64,000 nt of DNA from Candidatus Wolfebacteria bacterium GW2011_GWB1_47_1. Lineage in GTDB: Bacteria > Patescibacteriota > Minisyncoccia > UBA6257 > UBA9933. A program made the translations under genes and the position numbers. Of this stretch, positions 20,180 to 29,012 are shown piece after piece. The notes under the pieces were generated by a model, which was not told the DNA's origin, did not search any database, and worked only from the letters and a program-made list of their open reading frames with translations. Where the stretch lies: contig CP011209.1 of NCBI GenBank assembly GCA_001029635.1, positions 16,983 through 80,982 of the forward strand, read 5' to 3'. How positions within the stretch are numbered: position 1 is the first letter of the stretch; every line of letters starts with the position of its first letter.

Positions 20180-21004
20180 TTATTTATTCAAGATGTAGTA
20201 ATTTTCCATCAACTTTGCGATCAATATCGGGCCCGTTCCTCCGGGAGTTGGCGTGTAGAATGCATGAGGCACCAGAGATGCGGAATGAGGAATAAGAGCG
20301 TTATCGAAATCACCTTGGATCTTTCCTTCACTATCAAATGAATATCCAAAGTCTACGACACTTGCGAAATCCCTTATCATCTCCGGCGTAATGAGTCCCG
20401 CCTTGCCAACGCCGGTGATGATTATGTCCGCCCGTTTAAGTATTTCCAGGTCGCTCCCCTGGTCGAGTGCGTATACTTCCTTCGCCTTTTTCATCAACCA
20501 AAGCGCGATTGGCTTCCCTACTAATATGCCCAACCCCACAACTGCAACTTTTTTCTCGCGAAGGTCTATTCCCTTTCTTATGAACAATTCTTCGCACGTT
20601 GCCACCGATGGCGGCGCCACCGAACTCCTATTGTTATAGAATGCGCCGAGTGTCCGTTCGCTTAATGCATCCACATCCTTCTCTGGTGGGATCATATTTA
20701 AGACATAGTGCGCATTGCAATGCGCGGGCAGGGGTAGTTGCACTATTATTGCGCCGACGCGAGACATCCTAGCGATCCTCCCTATCTCTTTGCGTAATGA
20801 ATCGTTTGTACTTGTTTCCGGAAATCGATAGATGCGAAAGTCGAGACCCAACTCCTTGGCCACTTTTTCCTTCTGCTTCACAAAACTCTCGCTCGCCGCG
20901 TTGTCGCCGACCAAAACAGCCGCAAATATCTTGTGCGGTGCTGGCTCGCTCTTGAGTCGTTCAATTATTTCTTTCGCAATCCCCTTTCCGTCGATCGCCT
21001 TCAT
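20180..21004 (-). CDS. folD: Bifunctional methylenetetrahydrofolate dehydrogenase/cyclohydrolase
   Basis: IDGK, VQLPLP, EKDVD, VGKP, TPTPGGTGP. Confidence 0.95.
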   Translation of the reverse strand: MKAIDGKGIAKEIIERLKSEPAPHKIFAAVLVGDNAASESFVKQKEKVAKELGLDFRIYRFPETSTNDSLRKEIGRIARMSRVGAIIVQLPLPAHCNAHYVLNMIPPEKDVDALSERTLGAFYNNRSSVAPPSVATCEELFIRKGIDLREKKVAVVGLGILVGKPIALWLMKKAKEVYALDQGSDLEILKRADIIITGVGKAGLITPEMIRDFASVVDFGYSFDSEGKIQGDFDNALIPHSASLVPHAFYTPTPGGTGPILIAKLMENYYILNK

Positions 21005-21110
21005 TACTGTATTGTATCAGATTTTATTCTTCTTACTATATAACGACGCTAAGCGTGGCTTGTTTCCGTATTAGTATTCCTTGATTCCCATCATTATTAT
21101 TCATAAGCCA

Positions 21111-21175
21111 TTGACATGATCACTTTAAACTAGTATTCAATAATCAGCTATTATCACCTGTTTTGAGGAGGCTCT
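21111..21175 (+). promoter_or_regulatory. Conserved promoter/leader, copy 1 of 3 (others at 21603-21668 and 22069-22133)
   Basis: TTGACA-N17-TATTCA, conserved GTATTCAATAATCAGCTRTTAT block, SD GAGGAGG. Confidence 0.8.
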
Positions 21176-21553
21176 ATGTTTAGCAAACTACGAGTGGATC
21201 CACACAAGAAATGCTTGGTCAACCTACCGGAAGGATGGGTCACGTTGTTCCTAGCAAGAACCCGCGAAAGTGCATTCCTTTTCGGAGCCGTTATTGGTCT
21301 CCGGGATAAATGCCTCCCGACAGACGAGGGCATACAACGCGAAATAGGAGGATTCGCTAAAGTTCTCCAGTTCACTGTGGAAAATATCCACGTCCTCGAT
21401 GTTTATCATGGTCATAAATACCCTCAAGGTGGAGGCCTGGTTGACGTTAACCTTCTAGACAAATCTGTGATCTGGGCAGGCGTAGACGAATGCGGGCGCA
21501 ACGAATTCTTCGGCGAACGCATTCCGCTTGCTGACGTTCTCGTTACCCTCTAA
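21176..21553 (+). CDS. Hypothetical protein, tandem paralog 1
   Basis: Shares LP..WVTLFLA, AKV, HGHKY..GGG, DECG..FGERI and D(V/I)L(V/I)xL with its neighbours. Confidence 0.85.
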   Translation: MFSKLRVDPHKKCLVNLPEGWVTLFLARTRESAFLFGAVIGLRDKCLPTDEGIQREIGGFAKVLQFTVENIHVLDVYHGHKYPQGGGLVDVNLLDKSVIWAGVDECGRNEFFGERIPLADVLVTL

Positions 21554-21668
21554 GCACTTCTCCGTTTCATCTGGAGCCCTCCTTCTCGGAGGGCTTTTTT
21601 TATTGACATGCATTCGATAACTTGGTATTCAATAATCAGCTGTTATCAAACGTTTACGGGGAGACTTT

Positions 21669-22037
21669 ATGAACTTGCGCATCGTCAATGATACTATCGT
21701 CGGATTGCCTGACGGCAATACTGTTTTCTTCCTCGCCAAGGCGAACCTACACGGGGTTATCTACTGCTACGCCATATTCGGTCCCACCGCCACCTGTCTT
21801 CCAAAACCGGGAGAAACCTTTACCGAGCTGTTCGACGCAAAGGTTGCCGTCTTTCGCACCGATGGCAGCATGTACGCATTGTACTACGCACATCATGGGC
21901 ACAAATACGCCCTTGGTGGCGGTATGGTCGAGATTATCTCCGGCCGTTCCATCGTCTGGACCACTCCTGATGAATGCGGCTGTACGCGAATCTTCGGCGA
22001 GCGCATCCACCCTCGCGATATCCTTATCGCACTCTAG
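21669..22037 (+). CDS. Hypothetical protein, tandem paralog 2
   Basis: Same motifs; own promoter, SD and terminator. Confidence 0.85.
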   Translation: MNLRIVNDTIVGLPDGNTVFFLAKANLHGVIYCYAIFGPTATCLPKPGETFTELFDAKVAVFRTDGSMYALYYAHHGHKYALGGGMVEIISGRSIVWTTPDECGCTRIFGERIHPRDILIAL

Positions 22038-22133
22038 CTCAAAGCCCCGCGTATGCGGGGCTTTTTTGTTGACATCGTTTTTATAATCTGGTATTCAATA
22101 ATCAGCTATTATAAAACGCTTTGAGGAGGGTAT

Positions 22134-22514
22134 ATGTTTAAGCACCTACGCGTAAACGAACAAACAAAGTGTATCGATGGCTTGCCGAAAGAATGGGTTA
22201 CTCTTTTCCTGGCAAAGGTCTCGGCTCGGTATGGTTTGCTCACCCATTGCGCCGTCATATGCCCCGACGTACTCCTCCCTGAAAAGAATCAGTTTTACTC
22301 CTCGATCGTAGGTGCTAAAGTCGTCCTATTTAACGGAAGAGCATTCAACTTGATCGACATCATCGAAGGATACAAGGTTCGGAAAGGCGGATGCCGCGTT
22401 CAGTATATAAAGAAAGGCCTCGTCGACTTTCCAGGAGAAATCCATAGTTATGACGGGGAGCATACCTTCGAAGATCGTCTTCTTCGCCCACAGGATGTTC
22501 TTGTCGCACTTTAA
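22134..22514 (+). CDS. Hypothetical protein, tandem paralog 3
   Basis: Same motifs, more diverged; own promoter, SD and terminator. Confidence 0.85.
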   Translation: MFKHLRVNEQTKCIDGLPKEWVTLFLAKVSARYGLLTHCAVICPDVLLPEKNQFYSSIVGAKVVLFNGRAFNLIDIIEGYKVRKGGCRVQYIKKGLVDFPGEIHSYDGEHTFEDRLLRPQDVLVAL

Positions 22515-22592
22515 TCTCCTCCCCGTTTCACCCAAAAGCCCCGCTTGCGCGGGGCCTTTTTGCTTCTCTTGATTTAATCTTGCATTTCATCT

Positions 22593-22763
22593 GCGAGCTG
22601 TAAAAATAGGGGGTTAAATAGGCGAAGAAAATCTCCTCAAAAATAGAGAATCTGGGTCCCGTCCGAAGTATGGGTGATTCTCGATTTTGTTAGAGATTTT
22701 TAAGCCTATTCCCTATTTTTAATTCGCTCGCGCTTTTTGGCCTACTTTTACTAAAAAAGTAGG
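22593..22763. repeat. Long imperfect inverted repeat (~140 bp) plus a short hairpin
   Basis: GCGAGC..TAAAAATAGGG..ATAGGC..AAAATCTC..GAGAATC pairs with GATTCTC..GAGATTTT..GCCTAT..CCCTATTTTTA..GCTCGC. Confidence 0.7.
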
Positions 22764-22774
22764 GAAAAGAAAAG

Positions 22775-24469
22775 TTACATCTGTTCCAATGTTTTCAACC
22801 CAAGCAACTCCAGTCCTGTCTTCAGTGTCTGGGCCGCTGCGGCGATTAGCGCCAAGCGCGCGTTGCGCTCGGCTTCATCGGCCTTCAATATCTGTACCGC
22901 TTGGTACATCGTATTTACATCCTTTGCTAGTACATAGAGATAATCAGACAAGTGATGCGGAAAATAATTTTTTGTTATCCCCTCTATCACCTCTGGAAAT
23001 TCTTGCAATCGCAAAATCACCTGCAATTCCGATTCATCCTTCAGCATATCGACGTTGAATGCCGCTACTTTTTCGCCCTTGCGTAAAATGCTCTTTAATC
23101 GCGCGTAGGCGTATTGCAAATACGGCCCTGAGTTTCCTTCGAAACTCAACATGCGATCCCAATTAAATGCGATGTCGGACTGTCTATTCTGCGACAGGTC
23201 GTTGTATTTTACCGCGCCTAATCCTACTGCCTCGGCTATCTGCTGGCGTTCTTCCTCTGACATGTCGGGTTGTTTTTCATCGACAACTTTTCGTGCCCGA
23301 AGTATAGCCTCCTGCAACAGATCAAAGAGTGATACAGTCTTACCCGCGCGAGTCGAAAACTTCTTCATATCCTCTCCGAGCATTAATCCAAATTTCACAT
23401 GGACCAACGTTTGATCGTCAACGATCTCGAGTTTCTTTGCAGCCTTAAATAGTTGCTCGAAATGCAACGATTGTTCATTACCGACGACATACACGATTCT
23501 ATCCGCATTCAGATCACTAACCCGATGACGCAGCGTTGCGAGGTCCGTGGTCGGATACAGATATGCTCCATCCGACTTCCTGATGATCATCGGCGCTTCG
23601 TATCCCTCGATCGGAATGACGATCGCCCCCTCGCTCTCTTTCGCAATCCCCTTTGTAAGCGCCTCCTCTACGATTCCGGGAAGTTGCTCGTTGTAAAAAC
23701 TTTCACCCTGCACATGATCAAATGATACATTTAATAGCGCGTACATTCGATCGAACTCGGCAAGACTGACATCATAAAACTTCCTCCAAATGGCCAGGTT
23801 CTCTTCATCTCCATCTTGTAACTTTTTTACTTCCTTTCTTGCCACCTCACCTAAGGTCGGATCTTCTTTCATTCGTCCACTAAAGCCGACGTATAACTTC
23901 ATCAAATAATCAATCGTCACCTCCTCTGGCATGCCATCTTCCTTGTATGCCGCGATCAATACGCCGAATTGCTTCCCCCAATCCCCAAGGTGATTATCGC
24001 CAATAGCGTTCCACCCATTGAACTTGAATATATTGTAGAGCGCTTGCCCGATAACAGTCGACCGTAAATGCCCCACCCCCATTGGCTTGGCGATGTTTGG
24101 AGCACTATAATCAACGACCACAGTCTTTAATCGTTCCGCAGCCTCGTGCATAGGACGACCCCAATTTTCCCCTGTTTCGTATATTTCTTTAAAGCTTGCT
24201 TGAATAGCCTCCGCAGTCAACCAGATATTCACAAATCCCGGGCTTACCGCTTCTATTTTTTCGAAGAACCCTTCGGGGGTAGCTGATCGGAGCTTTTCTG
24301 CAATATCCTCGGCAACTTCCATCGGACTCTTACCTCGCGCCTTTGCCAATCGCAACGCGACATTGGTCGAAAAATGTCCGAACTGTGCATGTTCGGGGAT
24401 AGTAATCTCGATAATTTGTGCGTCTGAGATCGCAGACCGCAAATACTCTTCAATATTCTTCCGCATCAT
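22775..24469 (-). CDS. argS: Arginine--tRNA ligase
   Basis: DYSAPNIAKPMGVGHLRST, GDWGKQFG, KFSTRAG, GNSGPYLQYAYAR. Confidence 0.98.
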   Translation of the reverse strand: MMRKNIEEYLRSAISDAQIIEITIPEHAQFGHFSTNVALRLAKARGKSPMEVAEDIAEKLRSATPEGFFEKIEAVSPGFVNIWLTAEAIQASFKEIYETGENWGRPMHEAAERLKTVVVDYSAPNIAKPMGVGHLRSTVIGQALYNIFKFNGWNAIGDNHLGDWGKQFGVLIAAYKEDGMPEEVTIDYLMKLYVGFSGRMKEDPTLGEVARKEVKKLQDGDEENLAIWRKFYDVSLAEFDRMYALLNVSFDHVQGESFYNEQLPGIVEEALTKGIAKESEGAIVIPIEGYEAPMIIRKSDGAYLYPTTDLATLRHRVSDLNADRIVYVVGNEQSLHFEQLFKAAKKLEIVDDQTLVHVKFGLMLGEDMKKFSTRAGKTVSLFDLLQEAILRARKVVDEKQPDMSEEERQQIAEAVGLGAVKYNDLSQNRQSDIAFNWDRMLSFEGNSGPYLQYAYARLKSILRKGEKVAAFNVDMLKDESELQVILRLQEFPEVIEGITKNYFPHHLSDYLYVLAKDVNTMYQAVQILKADEAERNARLALIAAAAQTLKTGLELLGLKTLEQM

Positions 24470-24512
24470 TGCATTGAGTGTATCGCAAACAGTTCAAAAA
24501 CTCAAAAAATCC

Positions 24513-25682
24513 TTATTTTGTGGCATTGTACATCACCTCAATCTCATTGCCCGAAAGTGGCCTATTATATACCCGCACATCATCCACCTTCCCGGTTGTC
24601 CAATATGAACCACATCCGTGCGCACCCATGCACAAATTTGCACTTACCGTGTCCGCTCCCGTGATTGCTAACGTCCCATCTAATACGCCGTTTATGTAGA
24701 CCTTTACGCCTGTATTGTCATATACTCCGACAATATGATACCAATTACCCATCGCGAGCGACGTTGCCCCATTTATGCTTTTCTGGGTACCTCCGACCGA
24801 CGCAGAATGGAAAGCCCTATTCCCCGATACATGCGTTGATAAATAAGGCAACCCAAAACTAAGGAATATATTCGCGTTTACCGCAAGTGACCCAGGATTA
24901 AACCACGCCGCCATCGTGTGTCCTTTTGAAAAATCAACGCCCGTACTTACTCCCGGGGCATTCACGGCACTGCTTCCATTAAAGCTTATCGCTCCATCCA
25001 CCTTACCGGCCGTCCACGTAGGCGATCCTATAGAAAGGATTCCATCATGCCCCCTGCCGCTACCGTCAGCTGCAACAGCGCCATTGGTTTCATCAAATGC
25101 CCAGTACCCAACAAGCCCAGACGCTTGCGCCAATAAGGATAAATTCGACCCCTGTTCGAACCGGGAAGGATCAACCCCTCCATCCTTCGCCCCATTTTGA
25201 TTGAAGTATTTATCGGATTCCAAGGTCGCAGACAATGCATATCCGCTTCCGGCAACATATGTATAATACAGTCCTTTTGTTCCGCTATTTGTCGGGTCTA
25301 TTGGCAATGTTCCTTGCGAAGCCCCCAAGCTCGCAATATCCACCGGAAGCCACCCACTTCCATCTGTCTTGAGGTAGTTTGCTGCTGTTTTACACGCATA
25401 GCTCCAAGTCGGAGGCAAGGTTGGAAGGCTCAAGTTTGCACATATCGCAGATGTATCCGGCGTTGAAACATAAACCACGTTCGCCGTCCCCATTGCCATA
25501 TTTCTGTTTTTTGCCTCCGCCAACGAAAGGGATAGTATCTGGATGTCGACGACTCTTTTCCCGTCTCTCGACTGCCTCAGCTGCTCTACTGGATTAATAG
25601 ACAGTACAGCTACGGTTGAGATGATCGCTATAATGCCAATCGAAATCAAAAGTTCCAATAATGTGAATCCGTTCCTACTCAT
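24513..25682 (-). CDS. Type IV pilin-like protein with a C-terminal LamG/ConA domain
   Basis: Class III signal GFTLLELLISIGIIA; LVGYWAFDE..WYHIVGVY..GKVDDVRVYNRPLS; start reset to 25682. Confidence 0.9.
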   Translation of the reverse strand: MSRNGFTLLELLISIGIIAIISTVAVLSINPVEQLRQSRDGKRVVDIQILSLSLAEAKNRNMAMGTANVVYVSTPDTSAICANLSLPTLPPTWSYACKTAANYLKTDGSGWLPVDIASLGASQGTLPIDPTNSGTKGLYYTYVAGSGYALSATLESDKYFNQNGAKDGGVDPSRFEQGSNLSLLAQASGLVGYWAFDETNGAVAADGSGRGHDGILSIGSPTWTAGKVDGAISFNGSSAVNAPGVSTGVDFSKGHTMAAWFNPGSLAVNANIFLSFGLPYLSTHVSGNRAFHSASVGGTQKSINGATSLAMGNWYHIVGVYDNTGVKVYINGVLDGTLAITGADTVSANLCMGAHGCGSYWTTGKVDDVRVYNRPLSGNEIEVMYNATK

Positions 25683-25824
25683 ATAACCTATTGTACCATA
25701 TCTTCTTCTTATGAAGTGCATAGTAAGACCCCTCGTACCAAAACAAATATTGACAATATTTATATTATATGATATAAATATATCAGATTCTTTCACTCTT
25801 CAGTAGTTAAAAAAGGAGACTTTT

Positions 25825-26124
25825 ATGAAATCGGAGCTCGTTATTTCGATCGACACAGGAACCCATACCAACGCAATCGGCATGAACCTTTCTCTGTTAC
25901 TGATGGCCGCAGACGGCGTCGAATTCACCGACCCTAGCAACAAAGCAGAGGAAAAGGGTCTTTCGCAGGACCTGATCAACCTCAAAAACGACCTCTTCAG
26001 AATTGTAGGGGTCAAGCGGATCTTCTTCTCGCAGAAGTCGATCACTATCATAAAAACTGACGCACCCAACAGGAAGGGTATCATCTCCGCCGCTAAACGG
26101 CGCATCCACAAATATCCCTTCTAA
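25825..26124 (+). CDS. Stand-alone Nfu/NifU N-terminal-like domain protein
   Basis: LFRIVGVKRIFFSQKSITIIK resembles the Nfu_N pattern LF.I.GV..VF....ITVTK; own promoter, SD and terminator. Confidence 0.6.
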   Translation: MKSELVISIDTGTHTNAIGMNLSLLLMAADGVEFTDPSNKAEEKGLSQDLINLKNDLFRIVGVKRIFFSQKSITIIKTDAPNRKGIISAAKRRIHKYPF

Positions 26125-26195
26125 GCCTCACCCCCAAGGGCCACGCACATGTGTGGCCCTTTTTTTTATCCCTTATTACCCATATACTCTACTTT

Positions 26196-26633
26196 ATGGA
26201 GGCCATAACCAACAAACGTGCCTATTTTGACTATGAGATCCTCGAAACCTTCGAGGCGGGCTTGGAATTGCTCGGAACGGAGGTGAAATCGGTCAAGGGT
26301 GGACGTATAAACCTTTCGAGCACCTATGTACTCCTCCGGGACGGCCAGCCAACCCTTTTTAATGCCGATATCCCACCCTATCAACCCAAGAATGCGCCTA
26401 AAGATTACAACCCCACTCGCACCCGTCGGCTCTTACTTACAGCCAAAGAAATCCAGTATTTAACAGGCAAAATCGAGGAGCGAGGGTTGACATTAGTGCC
26501 TTTGAAAGTATATACTAAGCATCAGCGAATTAAGGTTCTCGTCGGTCTCGCAAAGAGCCGAAAGGAACACGACAAGCGCGAAGCCATCAAAAAGCGTGAA
26601 GATTGGAAGCAAATCCGCAAGGATATCTTCTAA
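26196..26633 (+). CDS. smpB: SsrA-binding protein
   Basis: NKRAYFDYEILETFEAGLELLGTEVKS, RTRRLLL, DKREAIKKR. Confidence 0.97.
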   Translation: MEAITNKRAYFDYEILETFEAGLELLGTEVKSVKGGRINLSSTYVLLRDGQPTLFNADIPPYQPKNAPKDYNPTRTRRLLLTAKEIQYLTGKIEERGLTLVPLKVYTKHQRIKVLVGLAKSRKEHDKREAIKKREDWKQIRKDIF

Positions 26634-26638
26634 CCCAT

Positions 26639-26980
26639 GGGGATGGCAGGCTTTGACAAAAGCGGCTCGTTGAAAAACTGCAGACCGGTCGTCATACCGC
26701 AACCTGACAAAAACCAATAACTGCCAACAAAACAGCAGTTCCTGCATTCGCTTTCGCGTAATGCAGTGTCGCCCCACCCTAAGCTTGTACGGTGGACGCG
26801 GCATCAACCCACAAGCTGGTTCAGTATCCGTGCCGTAGGCGCCTGAACGAGATTCAAATCGGCAAACTCAGTGGCGATTCGTCGGATTTTCTGCTTCTGT
26901 TTTACACTAACCCGACTATGTCTGTAGACGTCTTTCAATAACTCTTTTGGACGGGAGTTCAATTCTCCTCATCTCCACCA
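26639..26980 (+). ncRNA. ssrA: tmRNA; tag (A)ANKTAVPAFAFA at 26723-26761
   Basis: 5' GGGGATG..TTTGAC, 3' T-arm GGGAGTTCAATTCTCC and CATCTCCACCA; ATAACT-GCC resume context; directly after smpB. Confidence 0.95.
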
Positions 26981-27005
26981 TCATTCACACTAACCAAACA
27001 CTGAT

Positions 27006-27512
27006 TTGGAACAACCACTTCGACTTAACCATCAAATAAAGGCACCTGAATTACGCGTCGTTGACGAGCAGGGAGAATTCCTCGGTATATTCTCACTCTC
27101 GGAAGCATTGCGGATTGCGGACGAAAAGGAACTTGATCTCATCGAGATCGCCCCGAATGCAAAACCGCCAGTCGCAAAGATCATCGACTTCGATAAATTC
27201 CGGTATCAGCGTGAGAAGGAAATGAAGAAGCAGCGCGCTCAACAAAAGACGAGCGAGCTGAAACAGATCAGATTTGGAGCCCGCGCGGCAAAAAACGATA
27301 TGGAGATCAAAATCAAGCAGATCGACAAATTCGTAAACGATGGCCATAAAGTAGAGATCATGCTCGTCCTCAAGGGACGCGAGAAGTACAACAGGGAATG
27401 GGCCTTCCAACGATTAAAGGAGTTCCTTGCCATGATCCCGTTTGAATATAAAACCATCGTCGAGCCGAAATTCGGCGGAAGAGGGCTATTGACCCAAATC
27501 ACCAAGAAATAA
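27006..27512 (+). CDS. infC: Translation initiation factor IF-3 (TTG start)
   Basis: LNHQIKAPELRVVD, LDLIEIAPNAKPPVAKIIDFDKFRY. Confidence 0.97.
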   Translation: MEQPLRLNHQIKAPELRVVDEQGEFLGIFSLSEALRIADEKELDLIEIAPNAKPPVAKIIDFDKFRYQREKEMKKQRAQQKTSELKQIRFGARAAKNDMEIKIKQIDKFVNDGHKVEIMLVLKGREKYNREWAFQRLKEFLAMIPFEYKTIVEPKFGGRGLLTQITKK

Positions 27513-27520
27513 TAACCACC

Positions 27521-27691
27521 ATGAAAAAGACCATCTCAAAGCGATTGCGCATCACATCGACCGGAAAGGTCCTCCGACGCGCCATGGGTCTCGGTCATAA
27601 CCGATCCCGCAAAAGTTCAACCCAGCTCCGAAGAAAGGCCAATATGCGCCTCCTTGGTGGCGCAGCATCATTGATCAGACAAAACATGTAA
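27521..27691 (+). CDS. rpmI: 50S ribosomal protein bL35
   Basis: Hand-translated MKKTISKRLRITSTGKVLRRAMGLGHNRSRKS...; between infC and rplT. Confidence 0.9.
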   Translation: MKKTISKRLRITSTGKVLRRAMGLGHNRSRKSSTQLRRKANMRLLGGAASLIRQNM

Positions 27692-27798
27692 ATTCACGGA
27701 TATCGAAGAATGGAAAACGGAATATAGGGGGTTCACTGGTTATATTTACAAACACTCCCCCCCTATTCCCTATTTCATAATTCATATTCCCTATTCTT

Positions 27799-28143
27799 AT
27801 GACACGAGTAAAACGAGGCGTACTAGCCCACAAAAAAAGAGAGAAGTTGCTCACCTACGTAAAGGGATTTAAGTGGGGACGCAAGACAAAAGAACGCGCA
27901 GCCAAGGAAGCATTGCTCCACGCTTGGAGCCACGCATTCCAGGGGCGCAAGCAGAAGAAGCGTGATTACCGAGCCCTCTGGGTGGTGCAGATCAACGCAG
28001 CTCTCCGCAACCTCGGAACGACCTATAGCAAGTTCATCGACGGAACAAAGAAGGCAAATATCCAGATCGACCGCAAGGTTCTCTCTGAGATAGCCAAGAC
28101 CGCTCCTAATACGTTTGCAAAGATCGTAGAGCAGGCAAAATAA
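27799..28143 (+). CDS. rplT: 50S ribosomal protein bL20
   Basis: MTRVKRG, KKRDYRALWVVQINAA, IDRKVLSEIA. Confidence 0.98.
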   Translation: MTRVKRGVLAHKKREKLLTYVKGFKWGRKTKERAAKEALLHAWSHAFQGRKQKKRDYRALWVVQINAALRNLGTTYSKFIDGTKKANIQIDRKVLSEIAKTAPNTFAKIVEQAK

Positions 28144-28185
28144 TAAAAATACCGACCGCTATTGTGGTCGGTATTTTTATTCATT

Positions 28186-28851
28186 TTATTCCCTCGGGAG
28201 AAAACTTGTATCTCCAAAATGTCTCAGCGCTTCATCGTTTAATATTCGCATCGCGTGAGGTTCTCTAGCTATCCATTCACCTATATACCGCTTTACTTTA
28301 TCGGAAAATAAGAGGTTCCACTGTTTTTTTATCCTGTATGCCCGCACGATATTTAATACATGTGGCTGATCGGCCAATGACCCACCTTTTAGTGGTATAT
28401 CGAGCTGCATCGTCCTCATTGCATCGTTAAATCCTTCGCATACAAAACTATTATCGGATAAATTTATACAAATGGCGTCTATGTTATAAAATGCACCATC
28501 AGCTATCTGTTCTTTCTCTTCGTTGATAATGCCCTTCTTAACTGGCCAGTGATCTTCGATACTCCATATATCAAATATGCGATCATCTATTCGCATCTTA
28601 TATCCTCCAAATCTATTCTTTGTAGCGGAGCTACCCTTCATGCACTCCTGCAAATCAGCTCCTTTACAGCACACGATCATATCAAAATCCCTTGGCTGCT
28701 TATTCTTTAATGCAATATCGCGTACTGCACCGCCAATCAAGATCACATCGCCACGGTCTTCAATGCTCCTCATAACCGCATCTAGTCGCTCATTCTCTCT
28801 CATTTTTGCAATATATGCTACAACTTTCTTTGCGTGTTCCGATGTAAACAT
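28186..28851 (-). CDS. Nucleotidyltransferase with a poly(A) polymerase/CCA-type head domain
   Basis: IGGAVRD...RDFD catalytic motif; only 221 aa; AT-rich. Confidence 0.75.
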   Translation of the reverse strand: MFTSEHAKKVVAYIAKMRENERLDAVMRSIEDRGDVILIGGAVRDIALKNKQPRDFDMIVCCKGADLQECMKGSSATKNRFGGYKMRIDDRIFDIWSIEDHWPVKKGIINEEKEQIADGAFYNIDAICINLSDNSFVCEGFNDAMRTMQLDIPLKGGSLADQPHVLNIVRAYRIKKQWNLLFSDKVKRYIGEWIAREPHAMRILNDEALRHFGDTSFLPRE

Positions 28852-29012
28852 GCCCTATTATACAATTCCTTGCGCACATTACAACGTCATTTGTAAAAAA
28901 TCTATATAGACACCCAAAGAGCTAATCCTCAAGACCTTTATTATTCCTCTTCTCCTTGATGATCAGAAACAATCAAATACTTTACCCTCTATACTAAGAC
29001 GAAAAACGGCGC

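Noticed and set aside
26941-26980. tRNA-like T-arm and CCA end
   Set aside because: This is the 3' end of tmRNA, not a separate tRNA.
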